Part shown: positions 44,491 to 56,487 of the stretch, piece after piece
Numbering within the stretch: the first letter of the stretch is position 1
Layout: each line of letters begins with the position of its first letter
Origin: Mayamaea pseudoterrestris
Lineage: Eukaryota
Reading direction: 5' to 3'
Assembly: GCA_027923505.1 (NCBI GenBank)
Contig: BROI01000034.1
Location: 124,001-188,000, forward strand
DNA: 64,000 nt
Notes under the pieces: generated by a model
Told to the model about the DNA's origin: nothing
Seen by the model: only the letters and a program-made list of their open reading frames with translations
Database searches by the model: none
Translations under genes and position numbers: made by a program

Positions 44491-45887
44491 CTAGTCTTCC
44501 TCATCGGTGCTGTCCTCAGTGTCCGCCTCCTGCAGCCAGACAACTACTGGCTCAGCCTCTCCCCGAAGAACGGCACGAGCCTCCTCATCGACAGATGCAA
44601 GCGTGTAGCTGCTGCGACCTTCATCGGCCCACTCGAGGATAGTTTCCTCCTCCAAAGCATCACTGTCATACAGCTGCTTCAACAGGACGGGGAAATTCTT
44701 GGGCTTGTCCGTGCAAAGGGCTTCAATCGCCGAAATGAGATGGCGCTCCATAATCTTGTTGCCCTTTGTAATGTCAGAAATCATCGGAGCGTATTTCTTC
44801 ACTTCCTTATTTTTGAAGAAGAGTGGAGTAAAGGCTGCGCGGACAAAGATGTGAATCCTGTCATGTGTTTTGAGCGCCGACGCCATTTGCTGGTTAGCTA
44901 CAAGTTCAGTGATTTCAGCAGGTGTGGCATCAGGATGCCCTGAGAGGTACTCAGAGGTAGCCTCCACCGCCAGGAGCAAGGCACCAGCGTCATCGACACC
45001 TCCTTCCAATGAACCCGAATCATCGTCCGAACCGTCAAGGTCGTCAAGCGAATCATCGTCTTTCTTTCCCGAAAGGGCATCCTTGATGTAGTCCTTCTCT
45101 GAATCATCAGCACCTGGGATAGAAGATAAAAATGGTATGATGTGCAAAAATACAGCAAAATCATGTGAAACGAAAGTCTAACTTTTGACGCATCAAATTA
45201 ACTTACCGTCCTTCTTGCTTTTCTTGTCCTTCTTGCTCTTCTTGTCTTTCTTGACCTTTTTCTTATCGTCGTCGCTATCCTTGTCTTTTTTCTTCTTTTT
45301 TTTGTCGTCCTGAACAAGAAAGTTAGAAGGAACAACTTAGCATAATGGTCCGGGACAAATGCAATAACAACATGATTCCACGCAACAAAAAAGACACGTA
45401 CCTTCTTTCCTTTGGAATTCTTCTTCTCCTTTTTGTTCTCCGCAAGAATGTAGTTGCAAAGCTTGTGCTGCATATCGACTGGCTCCTTGGCTCCACAGGC
45501 GGCGCACTTGTGGCTAATCATTTCATTCTTAATTTTATATTCTGTCTCCGGGAGGCGACAGTTGGGACAAATAACAAATTTTTCAATGTAACGATGCATG
45601 AGTTCCTGCAAAACATCGTCCGAGTGCGCTCCATTGATAATTGCGCGATCAGTCGCCGGATCGTATCGAGTCTGCGCACCAAGCTCCGTCCCGAAAAACT
45701 TGTTCACCTCGCCAGGAGGGCGATGCAAGGTCAGCGCGACTTCAGTAATGTTTGGCACCGCCGTTTTGATTCCATTACCCGATCCTTCAATCTTTCCAAA
45801 GACAGCAACCGTCTTGTAGCGATACTCGGGATCGTCGACGGGCGTGAGGCCCGCAATGTTAATGACGGTTCCACCGCGAAGAGGCAT
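44491..45887 (-). CDS. EIF5: Eukaryotic translation initiation factor 5 (exons 45887-45402, 45309-45207, 45113-44491)
   Basis: DDPEYRYK..GKIEGSGNGIKT; KFFGTELGAQT; CPNCRLPET...CAACG zinc finger; W2 domain LKQLYDSDALEEETILEW...VVWLQEA. Confidence 0.95.
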
Positions 45888-46496
45888 GATGTAATCTTGA
45901 GCTATTAGAGCTTACAATAAATCGTTTCGTATAAACTGGAACGTCCCACAAGGGCCGTATGTAAGCAGTTGGGATTGTATTTCGCAATGGTGATCGTAAA
46001 GGCAGTCTCGAGTAGCTCGGACCGCAGTATAAGTAGATAAAGGTTGAAGATTCGGTTGACAGCACAACAAGCTGACGGACGGATAAGTTTCGCTATTAGT
46101 TTGGGGTTTCAGCATGAACAGTGCGTCGATAACAAGCGACGAGTGATGCTGGAAATCTGATTGGAGTGCAAAAGCAATTGGAGCGTTGTTTAGTGAGTGA
46201 TCAAGCTCAAGTGCTGACTTGAATGCAAAGTGGGTGTGCGCGAACGTCGTGCTTCGATTGCGTCGGCGCGTTTCGAACGAGTGGTTCACAAACTCATGTC
46301 ACATCGTTTTACGTGTCACAGCATGACTCAATATTTGTGGCACCACGAATCGCGACGGAATTCGCTCGCGCGATGACAATGACCGCTCCTCCACAACCGC
46401 AACAGTAACACGCGTAATCGTCGACTGGACGACAGTAGCGTGAGACGAAGCATACGAAGGCAAATCTTACTGTGATCGATTTTGTATTCGTTCCTG

Positions 46497-47098
46497 ATGA
46501 CAGACTATGGCGCCGAGTTGCTCCGTCGACAGCTTACAGGTAAGGAATTGTCGTTCCTCCTGTGAGCTGCGTGGAAGTAAATGAAAGCTATCCGGCCACT
46601 TCGTAAACGTTTCTCACCATTGACTTTACCAATTTAGAGCTAAACAAGAATCCCATTGATCTCGTCTCTGTGGGCCTCGTCGACGACAGCAATCTGTATG
46701 AATGGGAAATTCTTATTATGGGTCCAGACGGAACTCTCTACGAGGGTGGCTTTTTCAAGGCGATTCTAGTCTTTCCAACGGATTTTCCCAACATGCCTCC
46801 GACCATGACATTTAGCAGCGAAATGTTTCATCCTAACGTATATCCAGACGGGAGGGTCTGCATCTCCATTTTGCATCCACCTGGAGAGGACCAATATAAT
46901 CAGCAAGAGTCGGCGGAGGAGCGCTGGCGACCAATTCTTGGCGTGGAACAGATTCTCATTTCAGTGATCAGTATGCTTTCGGATCCTAATGATGAGAGTC
47001 CGGCCAACCTTGACGCGGCGGTCATGTGGCGCAATGATAAAGCGGCTTTTAAGAAGAAAATTAAGCAGATTGTTCGAAAGAGTCAAGACGAGTGTTAG
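46497..47098 (+). CDS. UBE2G1: Ubiquitin-conjugating enzyme E2, UBE2G/Ubc7 class (intron 46540-46637)
   Basis: MTDYGAELLRRQLT|ELNKNP...; FHPNVYPDGRVCISILHPPGED...EERW (catalytic Cys plus acidic loop insertion); PNDESPANLDAA. Confidence 0.9.
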
Positions 47099-47528
47099 AG
47101 GGATCGTGGATCGACAAAGACGTGGGGAAGTATTTAGCCCTCTTATGAAACCGTTAACAGCTTAGAGAATTTATAGTGCTGACCATGGCATCAAACATAC
47201 AATTAGCATACACTCACTTCGGTACCACCCCAAACAGAAAGCAACAAGCGCATGTAGTTGTTGCGTAATGCGTCGTCAGTATAGAGAATGAGCATTGGTT
47301 TGCCAGCCTCTAACTACCGCCTGATTTGAATTGTTATATAACTATGTGGGGCACAAACCTACAACGGCAAAGGGATATGAACTGGTGCTTTTAAAGCATT
47401 GATGGGAAATAACTATTTTAGGGCGAATTATTTGCAAAGCAGCAACTCGGACGAGTCGTCAAATCGTCAAAATCCAGAAGGGGTTTCGGTAAGTATTTGA
47501 TGCGACACAATGGTCCATTATCAATCGT

Positions 47529-48368
47529 TTAATAAACATCCGGAGGGCGAGGATAGTTCATAAAGTCATTTCCAACGTGGCTCTGCTGTGTCTGAAGGTG
47601 GTAGCGCAGCGAAAGAACAACCTGCTCAAGCTTTTTGATGCGATCCTCCGCCTCAACTCGGTAATCCTGAGCAACCTTGACTTGACCTTCGGCATTGTTC
47701 AATCGCTCCTGTTGAATAGTGACAGCCTTGCGAAGAACAATATTTTCCTTGCTCGTGCGCTCGTGGTCAGACTTGAGCGAGGCCAAGGAAGCGACTGTTT
47801 CCGCCTTTTCCTTCTTCAATGATTCAATCAACGCAGCTTGCTCTTCCACTACTCGTGTCAGGTCATTTTGGACCGGACTACTGGTGGAGCTGCGATTACG
47901 CTTGACGATCGAGACTGTAAATCGGAACGTAAGTGAGAAATGTAAAGGCATGCCAATTTAAAACCCTCTTAATAAAGACTTTCAAGTGCTCGCCTTCTTC
48001 GCTTGTTAGAAGACAAGATTAAAACTGTAGTTGTTTCGCATCCAACCAGTAGTAGCCGCAATCTCGCGCAAACCCGCAATGACTACCACCATGCGCATGA
48101 ACTCACCATTATTATTACCAAAAATGCCCATATTGCCAGCTAATCCATTCGAAAAGAAAGGCGAGTGCGACGAGAGACGCTCCGACAGACTGTCCACGCT
48201 AAAATCCCCGACGAATCGACGTCGCTTAACTCGATGAACGTCGTCGCTTACATCCATGTTCTCCGCTAAATTCCGACCCGAAGCATCCATCATATTCGGA
48301 GAGCAACTCATGCCGCGCTTCGTTCCAGGCGCCGGCGATGTATAGGCAAGGGGAGAGGCCACTTCCAT
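47529..48368 (-). CDS. Conserved coiled-coil protein (intron 48106-47915); C-terminus resembles a plant CUE-domain-associated family
   Basis: MEVASPL... exon 1 splices in frame to ENIVLRKAVTIQQER...LEQVVLSLRYHLQ...RPPDVY. Confidence 0.7.
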
Positions 48369-48964
48369 GATGAAGGCTATACGATATGCAGCAGCAAAAA
48401 CAAATGAAACACAAACACGAGCGCGCTGCTGCCGCTTGTGGAATGTGATGGCGCTGCGGACGACGAGAGCCATCTGTGCGTGCTGGGTGGAATCGCGGAG
48501 AAAATCTCCCCACTATTTCTCAGAGAGTAATACTCCCCAGCGTCGACGAATGCAGGAGAGGAACAACTGCCCCGTCATCATTTGATTACCAGTGCGACTG
48601 CATGCGACACGACAAGACACGCATGCTCATGACTCCACTCCTTTCCGTCTTGCTTCAAATTCAATTTGCTGATTTCGACCTCCATACCACTAAACCTTTC
48701 AGTTTCTTGACCGACCCACCGCTGATATCTTTTGGGTTGCTTACTCGAGCAGGGCCTTAAAGATTTTGGCTGTAAGCAGGCAAAGGGAACGTCTCGCTTG
48801 ACGGTGTACAGTGTGCAAATAAACTCGGCAACATTGACAGAACAAACGACGTTTGGTTTCTAGATCCTTCGATTGGCATTAACCACGCCGGTTGACGGAT
48901 ACAAGAAGTGAGAGTGTAATTGCACTTGAGATAAAGGGCTCCTGGATAGCGCTTGGTTGTAGCC

Positions 48965-50318
48965 ATGGAGAAACCCGGCGAGCAAGCCCGCGTTCGGTTC
49001 GAGCAAGTTCAAGCCGCTGGTCCACCGGTGCGCCCATTGGATTTTCCGCCACCTGTCGTCAAGGCAGGCGTTCGGGTCAATGCTCTTGTTGTTCATCCTT
49101 CGACAGGGTCAAGACAAGTCTGCAGCGGCGTGATTCATCGAGAAGATTTGACGATTGCCGCGAAATCGTCGAAAGACGAGCTGAACTCATCGTATCCTTT
49201 GGGAGATAACCTTCAAGCATCAACCGAGGTACTGGCGTACTGGCCACAGCGACGCTTGCAAGACGCAATTTACGGAAGCGTTTGGGCATGTATGATTCTA
49301 AGACGACACACAGGGGTGGCTGCTGATGATGCTGCTCGCGCGGCTGGAGTGGAACCAGGATCTCCAAGCGCCCCGATAGTTTGGGAGATCACGGGACAGC
49401 ACGCTGCTATTAAAATGGTGGAATGGGCGCGCGTGCATCATATGCGTGGTCGGCTATTGGAAGATCCGGTCAAGGAGGTGGCGGCCATGCAGCTACTGGG
49501 TGCGAGGCATCCCAATGTCTTGGGTAGCAGTGAAGTCTTGCAGGACGGCGACTTTTTATATTCCATCATGCCATATTGTCGAGACGGTGATCTGTTTGGA
49601 GTCGTCGTTCAGTATGCAGAGGAGAGTGGAGGAGCAGCTGGAATGCCAGAACCTGTTGCTCGCTTTTGGTTTCGACAAATCTTGCGGGTGCGTCATGAGG
49701 GAGCTCGAGTGAGCGCTAGTTGTATTTACTGTTCACTCACATGTAGCCATTTACTGTTTTCAGGGTCTGGATCATTTACAGAAGGAAGGCGTTTGCCACC
49801 GTGACTTATCTTTAGAAAATGTTTTAGTGGATGGCGAGAAATGCATGATAATCGACATGGGCATGTGTTTGCGCGTACCCTACACTGATCCTAAGCGTAC
49901 AAACGCAGTCACAGACGTTGTACGAGGAACGATACGGCGCCTGATGAAACCCCAAGGTGTCTGCGGCAAGCATAACTACATGTCACCTGAAGTGTTTGCA
50001 AACATAGAAAACTTTGATGGATTTGCAATTGATCTGTGGGCGGCTGGAGTCATTTTGTACATTATGCTGACAGGGTTCCCACCATACGACCAAGCAAGTC
50101 GAACTGACCAAAGATTTGAGCTGATAGTATCTGGCAGGCTCATGGAGCAACTTTGCAATTGGGACATAATACTAACCGACGAGGCTGGCGACCTCATGCA
50201 AAAGATGCTTAGGTACAAGCCCAAGGATCGGCTAACACTGGCCGAGGTTATGTCTCATCCATGGGTTACTAATGACCACGTGGAAGCGCCACCTCCGCCG
50301 GCACCTCCTTTATTTTAA
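48965..50318 (+). CDS. Ser/Thr protein kinase, CAMK-like HRDLSLEN type (intron 49688-49763)
   Basis: AAIK, EDPVKEVAAMQ, CHRDLSLEN (formed by splicing), IIDMG, YMSPE, DLWAAGVIL. Confidence 0.92.
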
Positions 50319-50610
50319 TCAGGATTGACTATGTGTTAACTACTTCAACAAACGTAGGACCGACATGTCACGTGAACTCGTAGCTGAGAAGGGGCTGGCT
50401 TGGATACACTAAAGCTATTCGGAACGTGAGACTGATGGAGCATTTTCTACAGTACGTAGTACGAAGAACATCATTGGTTAACATTATAAAGAAACGAGAA
50501 ACGTTTCATCAATTGTTCAAAGACCAAAAGCTACCTTAATATCGTAGTATCCGTTTGATTGCTATTAGCCGTCACTTGTGCTACACGAACACCACTCAAC
50601 TGTCGTTTCT

Positions 50611-51004
50611 CTAAAAGCGATGTTGGAAATCTTCCGCATGATCAGCCGCATCTCCCAACTCCTGAACGATTACCACAGTGACGACCATCGAGAGTGGCCA
50701 TAGATAGTAAGGGTATCGCTGCATAACCTTCTTTGGAAATGTGCGCAGCCATGGAGCAATGATTTTCTGCTCGTAGGGAGACAAATGCATAGTAATCTGC
50801 AAATATCGTAACAAGACAAGCAAAAGGGTCAGCCGCATGATGGAAATGGTGCGAAACGTTTTCAAATGACATAAGAGCAGTAAATCTCACCTCTGCATCA
50901 AGACCAGGCTTCTTTTTCGCCCACCATTTGGCCATGGCCATTGGATGTTCGCGCTTAATCGCGAGCACCGCGCGTGTTCGAGCAAAAGCACCAAGAGCCG
51001 CCAT
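50611..51004 (-). CDS. QCR8: Cytochrome b-c1 complex subunit 8 (intron 50890-50797)
   Basis: ...KKKPGLDAE|ITMHLSPYEQKII followed by a single TM segment and a short tail ending HRF; LSPxEQ is the QCR8 hallmark. Confidence 0.75.
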
Positions 51005-51310
51005 GGTCGATTGCTTGGCTGCAGATTGTGACGTTGAAGGCAGCGGCGACGCAAGGATCTACTTTAGTCTCAAGCAACTGTGCAGCTCTTAGTGGGCGTT
51101 GTGTACAATGTGACACACAGTCCAGATGTGGTGAGTCATCAGTCGTGCATGACGCAAACCAGCAGCGACATTTTCCTTCGATCGAAACCTTCATCTTTCA
51201 TCTCCATGCCAGATGAACAACCAACAATCAGATGTGCACAAGTTTGACGGCACGGTCAGCCGGAATAAGCTCCACCCAAAGCACGAAAATCCGAAGCCGA
51301 AGTGAAGATA

Positions 51311-52408
51311 ATGATTCACCATTCAGTGTCTTATGAACTTGTTGAACAGGCTGGTCCACCAGTTCCTCCTCTCAGCTTCCCTAAACCTCGTATTCTACAA
51401 TGCCATCGAAAAATCATTGGCGTCAAGAACCACCAAACAGGAGATTTCGTGAAAATCAAGTGTATTTTTGTGTCCGTGGGCGACATCGACCGAGCTTATG
51501 TCGTCAAGAAGACGATAGCGAAAAGTTCCTCTGGACTGGTGCGGCTTTGTATTCCTCTCAAGAAGAAGTCGGCAACCGAGCCTTATAGCGCAGCGCAATG
51601 GGAAACTACAGATGAGCTTGTCGTCTTGAAGCAAACGTCCTATTGCAAGATGCGAGCCAAGCAAAAGGATCCACTGAAGGTAGCAGCAGCACTGCAATAC
51701 GTGGGTGACTATCACCCTCATGTTCTCGGTTGCGAGGTGATCTTTCAAGATGCTGACTACCTTTACATTGTTACCAAGTACTGTGCAGGAGGAGACTTGT
51801 ATCTGAAAATGCAACGAACACTGAGTATTCGAGGACGCAGTTGCCTTTCTCCAAGTGAGCTGCAAGCTCGCGTATGGTTTCGACAGCTCATTCAGGCCAT
51901 TAGTCATTTGCAGACGAAAGGAGTCTGTCACCTTGACATTTCGCTCGAAAATTTACTCATAGACGACCACAACAACTTGCAGTTGGTCGACTTTGGATCA
52001 GCATATAGAGTACCGTATAGCTCTGCATGCAATATGGGTCATGTATCTGACATATCTGATGGGTCGGAGCGCCGATTGATTTCGGCTCCCGATCAAGGAG
52101 GTGACCTTACCTACTTGGCACCGGAAATGGTGGACAGGGTTCCTTTTGACGGCTTCGCATGTGACATTTGGTCTGCTGGTATTGTTTTATTCATTCTCTT
52201 GGTCGACATGGCACCATTTCAGTGGGCGCATCTTTCAGATCTCCGCTTCCAGCAAATTGCTCAGGGACGCTTGAAGGAATTGCTGGGGAGCTTGAAAATT
52301 TCCGTGAGCGATGACGCCTGTGATTTGCTTCAGAACATGATGATGCATGATCCAAGCAAGAGACTAAATATCAAACAGATCACGGAGCATCCATGGTTCA
52401 CAGGATAG
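51311..52408 (+). CDS. Divergent Ser/Thr kinase paralog of 48965-50318 (intronless)
   Basis: VVLK, CHLDISLEN, VDFG, YLAPE, DIWSAG; shares the N-terminal AGPPVxPLxFPxP motif and the RVPY insert with the neighbouring kinase. Confidence 0.85.
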   Translation: MIHHSVSYELVEQAGPPVPPLSFPKPRILQCHRKIIGVKNHQTGDFVKIKCIFVSVGDIDRAYVVKKTIAKSSSGLVRLCIPLKKKSATEPYSAAQWETTDELVVLKQTSYCKMRAKQKDPLKVAAALQYVGDYHPHVLGCEVIFQDADYLYIVTKYCAGGDLYLKMQRTLSIRGRSCLSPSELQARVWFRQLIQAISHLQTKGVCHLDISLENLLIDDHNNLQLVDFGSAYRVPYSSACNMGHVSDISDGSERRLISAPDQGGDLTYLAPEMVDRVPFDGFACDIWSAGIVLFILLVDMAPFQWAHLSDLRFQQIAQGRLKELLGSLKISVSDDACDLLQNMMMHDPSKRLNIKQITEHPWFTG

Positions 52409-52521
52409 ATATAAGACGTTGCGACTGCATTAACTTTTAATCAACTACCGTTTTTATACAAGCGCATTTAACTACGCACAACGATTTCTTTTGCTTTGTA
52501 AACTAGAAAATCGACTCCAAA

Positions 52522-53850
52522 TCATTTCTTGCTTTGCACCTTGATGGAGACTTCGTTCAAGCGCTTCCATGGTGGCGTGAATGGATCGTTATATTGCGAC
52601 AGCGTAACTGTAGCACCTGGGACAATTTCCCATTCCTTGCTGTCGGCTAGACCTTGCATCAGTTGTTCCTTCCGGCGGTTCGTTTCCACTTTCGATGCAT
52701 ATCCGCCAAACATTATAACTGCGCGACGTTGTCCTTCCTGCAGGGCCAAGCTCACGCCACTCCCTTCAATTGGTTGTGGGGCTTGTGTCAACCGGTCGCT
52801 ACTCCAGAAATCGGAGGGCATGACGAAGGACATCTTTCGTTGGTCGCCACTTTCGTCCATGAGCACTGGAGTCGTCATTTTCATTGGCGTTTGCTGTTGA
52901 TTCTTTCCGAAAAGATACCCGGCAAGTATATTAAAGGATCCAGCGCTGACTGTCTTGGGTTTGTCGTTGTTCGGGCGCGCGTCGTCGTCAGAGGGTTTTG
53001 CGGCGCCCTTGGAGACGACGGAGCACACCGCAAAGGGCTGGTATTGTCTATATTCGATACCATCTCGGCCGGCTCGGACCAGGATGTCATACTTTGGTGT
53101 CTCGAGGTCTTCACCCATGCGTCTTCGGAGCTCATCTTGTGCTTGAGGTGCAAAGCTTTTTCTTTGGAGCTCCCGACGAGCCTTGTATTCAATCACGCGA
53201 ATCGCAGGAGTCCGTAGTCCTCGCAGCAGTTTCTCTTTAATTGTGCTAGTCGACTCGTCTGGCTCTGTGGCCAATTGTCTCAAGATTGATACAAGAGCTC
53301 GCCGTCGGCGGCGCAGTTGGTCAATTGCGTCGACACCATTCGAGTCATTTGCATCTTCGTCCGATGGAGGAGGTGTCGTGATATCAAGCGTTCTTTGCAG
53401 CGATGCCATGCGCAACCTTTTCGAAAATCTTGTGAGCAGTCTAGAGCGACTCCAAAATGCTTGGTCGGTTCGATCGGGTCCCTGAGAAAGGAGGGTGTTC
53501 AAGAATTCATCGATTTCTCTTGAATCAGTTCCATTGGAACGCATTTCATTCAATTCATTGACGAGGGTTGCGGCAGCAGAAGAGTTGAAACTTTTTAAAG
53601 CATCATATAGAAGCGTGATTTCTCTGTCATATGGTATACTTGATTCTTCAATGGTAATGCTGGGAACGTCCGCATAATTGTCGACTGTTGACGTTTCTGC
53701 CTCGGCAGCGAGTGGAAAAGCACAGTCATTTTCAGGTGATGGGCACCGTCCGCTTTTACATCCTTTTCCAACTGACGAAAGGAACCCGTCGGCTACATAC
53801 GCTAGCAGGCATGCGATCACTAAGGCGATTGAACGGACGCTTTTCGCCAT
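52522..53850 (-). CDS. SOUL heme-binding family protein, likely plastid-targeted
   Basis: Signal peptide ending ADG-F; LETPKYDIL; IEYRQY; FNILAGYLFGKN..MKMTTPV; MSFVMPS; QYNDPFTPPWKRLNEV. Confidence 0.88.
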   Translation of the reverse strand: MAKSVRSIALVIACLLAYVADGFLSSVGKGCKSGRCPSPENDCAFPLAAEAETSTVDNYADVPSITIEESSIPYDREITLLYDALKSFNSSAAATLVNELNEMRSNGTDSREIDEFLNTLLSQGPDRTDQAFWSRSRLLTRFSKRLRMASLQRTLDITTPPPSDEDANDSNGVDAIDQLRRRRRALVSILRQLATEPDESTSTIKEKLLRGLRTPAIRVIEYKARRELQRKSFAPQAQDELRRRMGEDLETPKYDILVRAGRDGIEYRQYQPFAVCSVVSKGAAKPSDDDARPNNDKPKTVSAGSFNILAGYLFGKNQQQTPMKMTTPVLMDESGDQRKMSFVMPSDFWSSDRLTQAPQPIEGSGVSLALQEGQRRAVIMFGGYASKVETNRRKEQLMQGLADSKEWEIVPGATVTLSQYNDPFTPPWKRLNEVSIKVQSKK

Positions 53851-53898
53851 GGTATGGTGGTAGGAAGCCAAAAAAATGAAAGCCAAAGATTCGCTGCA

Positions 53899-55109
53899 AT
53901 GGTAATGACGTCACGCTATGTCTTACCGGTACTACCGTCAAGCTTTCGTTCCACTCGCACCAAGCCATGTGGCACTATGAAAACTATGATTGCACCAACA
54001 AAAATGTTGCGCCGCTCAGTAACCGGTAGCTCCTTGTCTTCAGCGAAATCCACAGTGGCACTCCAAAGATTATTTGCATGGATCGAAGATAAATTCGGAG
54101 GTCTTCCGATCGACGAAGGCCCTGCCGCCGAAGTCATCACGTCGACACAATCATATCTTTCTCCCGCTGATTTACATCGCTTATTTACGCATCAAGCGAC
54201 TGCCATTCATGTTCGAGGATTTTTCCCAAAGACAGCAGCCAAGACACTAGGAGAGAAGCTAACTTTCGAGTACGAGGCTGGATTGGCGCGCAACTGGAAA
54301 GTAAGCACGAGTCGCGGGTTAGAGTCGAGCGATGTTTCGACACTGGGTGCACATGATCCCTTTAATATTGTGTCAGCTGATGCCAGTACGGACAAGCGGG
54401 ATGATTACTTTGAAGGAGTTTCTCGAGAGTTGCAGAACCGACGGGTTGCTGAGCAATCAGATGGAACGCTCCTTCCTCAACTATGGCCGCTCGACTTGCT
54501 GCGTCTCCAGTTAGATGAAGCATGGTCGGAAGGTGCTGGCTTGGCTAGAGAGCACCTTCCTATGAAACGACCGTTTGGTGGGGGTTTGACGCGTGTGATG
54601 AAGGGTCCTACGCGCTGGAATCAAGGTTTCATTCACGTCGATGAAATGGGACCTTTAGATCCAAACCAGGGATTATTTTCAGCCAACATATACTTGCAGC
54701 TGCCAAGGCACCATAAAGACGAAAATGTATCTGCTGCTACATGTCATCAAGAGACGCTTCGCATATGGCCGGTTGGTGTGCGCTCTCGCTGGGATTGGTA
54801 CCGCAATGCGCTCTTGTTATCTGGCTTAAGCTCGCAGGATCCGGAAGCGCAGATGCGGCTACGAACGGCGCTTGGACAGGCCCAAACTATTGCAGTGGAG
54901 CCTGGAGATCTTGTTCTCATTTGCGCACAAAGACGTAAGTTAGACTGATCACTTTCTTCTGTTGAGTTGAGTCCGAGTCACTAACACACTAACTGGACAC
55001 CATACGCTCAGCTCACGAAGCGATTGGGTTTCAACATGGAATCAGAATATCTCTGCAATGCTTTTTACAACATCATGGGCCAGATAAGCGACTGCTGATT
55101 GACTCCTGA
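53899..55109 (+). CDS. Putative 2-oxoglutarate/Fe(II)-dependent dioxygenase (intron 54935-55011; start codon uncertain)
   Basis: GFIHVDE (HxD), FSANIYLQ and EPGDLVL; after splicing, [19 protein letters not shown] supplies the distal His and the RxS motif; stop TGA at 55107-55109. Confidence 0.72.
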
Positions 55110-55776
55110 TGGCGCCTCCGATATGTGTGCAGTTGAACGACTCGATGGATCAACAGGCTACTTAAAGCGGTATATGCTTCCTGGCAACTGTACACATAAA
55201 CGCTAGTATCATGCAAATGGGTTCAATGGAGGGATTTGTATGTTGATCCGCTGGCGGAGTTTATTCCCCTGGTCATACCAACTACCAATATCGGTACACC
55301 TTGCGTTCATACTTTTGCCGCATTTTTCTGTAAAAGCACAGCCTGTCCTTGCATACGTATCACCCTTTATCATGTACGACGTAGGTATGTACATACAGGA
55401 CGATGTACTCACTGTCAGTACTGTACTCCACTGTAGTACTATGGCGCCATGCTAGCAAGTTCCTATGAGATGAGAAGACTATCTCTGGCACCTCAAGCTT
55501 TGAACAGCACCCAAAGTTTGAACAGTGGACAAAATTTGCTGCCACACATCCATCAAGGTGGTGGCAGTTATTCTGCCACTGTTAACCCCAATGATCAATC
55601 TACTAGTTTATCAATCATGCTTTGTTACGGTCACCCTTAAGGACACAGGATGTCACACATTTATTTCTCTCCGTTTGAGGCATCTGCATCTGTGTCGTTC
55701 CACCAACCAGACAATGCCATTGCACTCTCCATGGACTGCAATAAGGTGGCACTCAAAGCTTGCCAGAGAATGGACT

Positions 55777-56487
55777 CCATTCTGGCTTGATTTGGGCGTA
55801 CTCATGGCTCTAGGTATGAGCATTTGAAAATCACAGCATCTGCTGGCTGAGACTGGTGACAAGTTGTCACCAATCGCATTGCAGTCTACTGAGGGACCAG
55901 CCAGGCAATCCATCTTGTAGCGCACCTGAAATAAGGATGTTAGCACCATTCTGGCTTGATTTGGGCAAACAGATGGCTCTAGGTATGGGCATTTGAATAT
56001 TACGGCATCTGCTGGCTGAGACTGGTGACACGTTGCCACCAATCGCATTGCAGTCTACTGAGGGACCAGCCAGTCAACGTATCTTGTAGCGCATCTGAAA
56101 AAAGATGTTAGCACCATTCTAGCTTGATTTGGGCATACGCATGGCTCTAGGTATGGGCATTTGAAAAGCCTGTCATCTGCTGGCTGAGACTGGTGACAAG
56201 TTGTCACCAATCACATTGCCATCTACTGAGGGATTAGCCAGGCAATTCATCTTGTAGCGCATTTGAAATAAGGATGTTAGCACGATTCTGGCTTGATTTG
56301 GGCATGCGCATGGCTCTAGGTATGGGCATTGAAAATCACGGCATCTGCTGGCTGAGACTGGTGACAAGTTGTCAACAATCACATTGCAGTCTACTGAGGG
56401 ACCAGCACAGGCAATTCATCGTGTAGCGCACCTGATAAAAAGATGTTAGCACCATTCTATTTGATTTGAAATACACATGGCTCTAGG
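55777..56487. repeat. About four diverged monomers of the 169-bp satellite (array edge)
   Basis: Palindrome cores at 55854, 56023, 56191 and 56359 (168-169-bp spacing); the flanking sequence differs clearly from the main array. Confidence 0.88.

Noticed and set aside
40819..53850. Tetrapyrrole/plastid gene cluster (bolA, chlD, SOUL)
   Set aside because: The genes are interspersed with unrelated housekeeping genes, and plastid-targeted genes are common enough for this to be chance.
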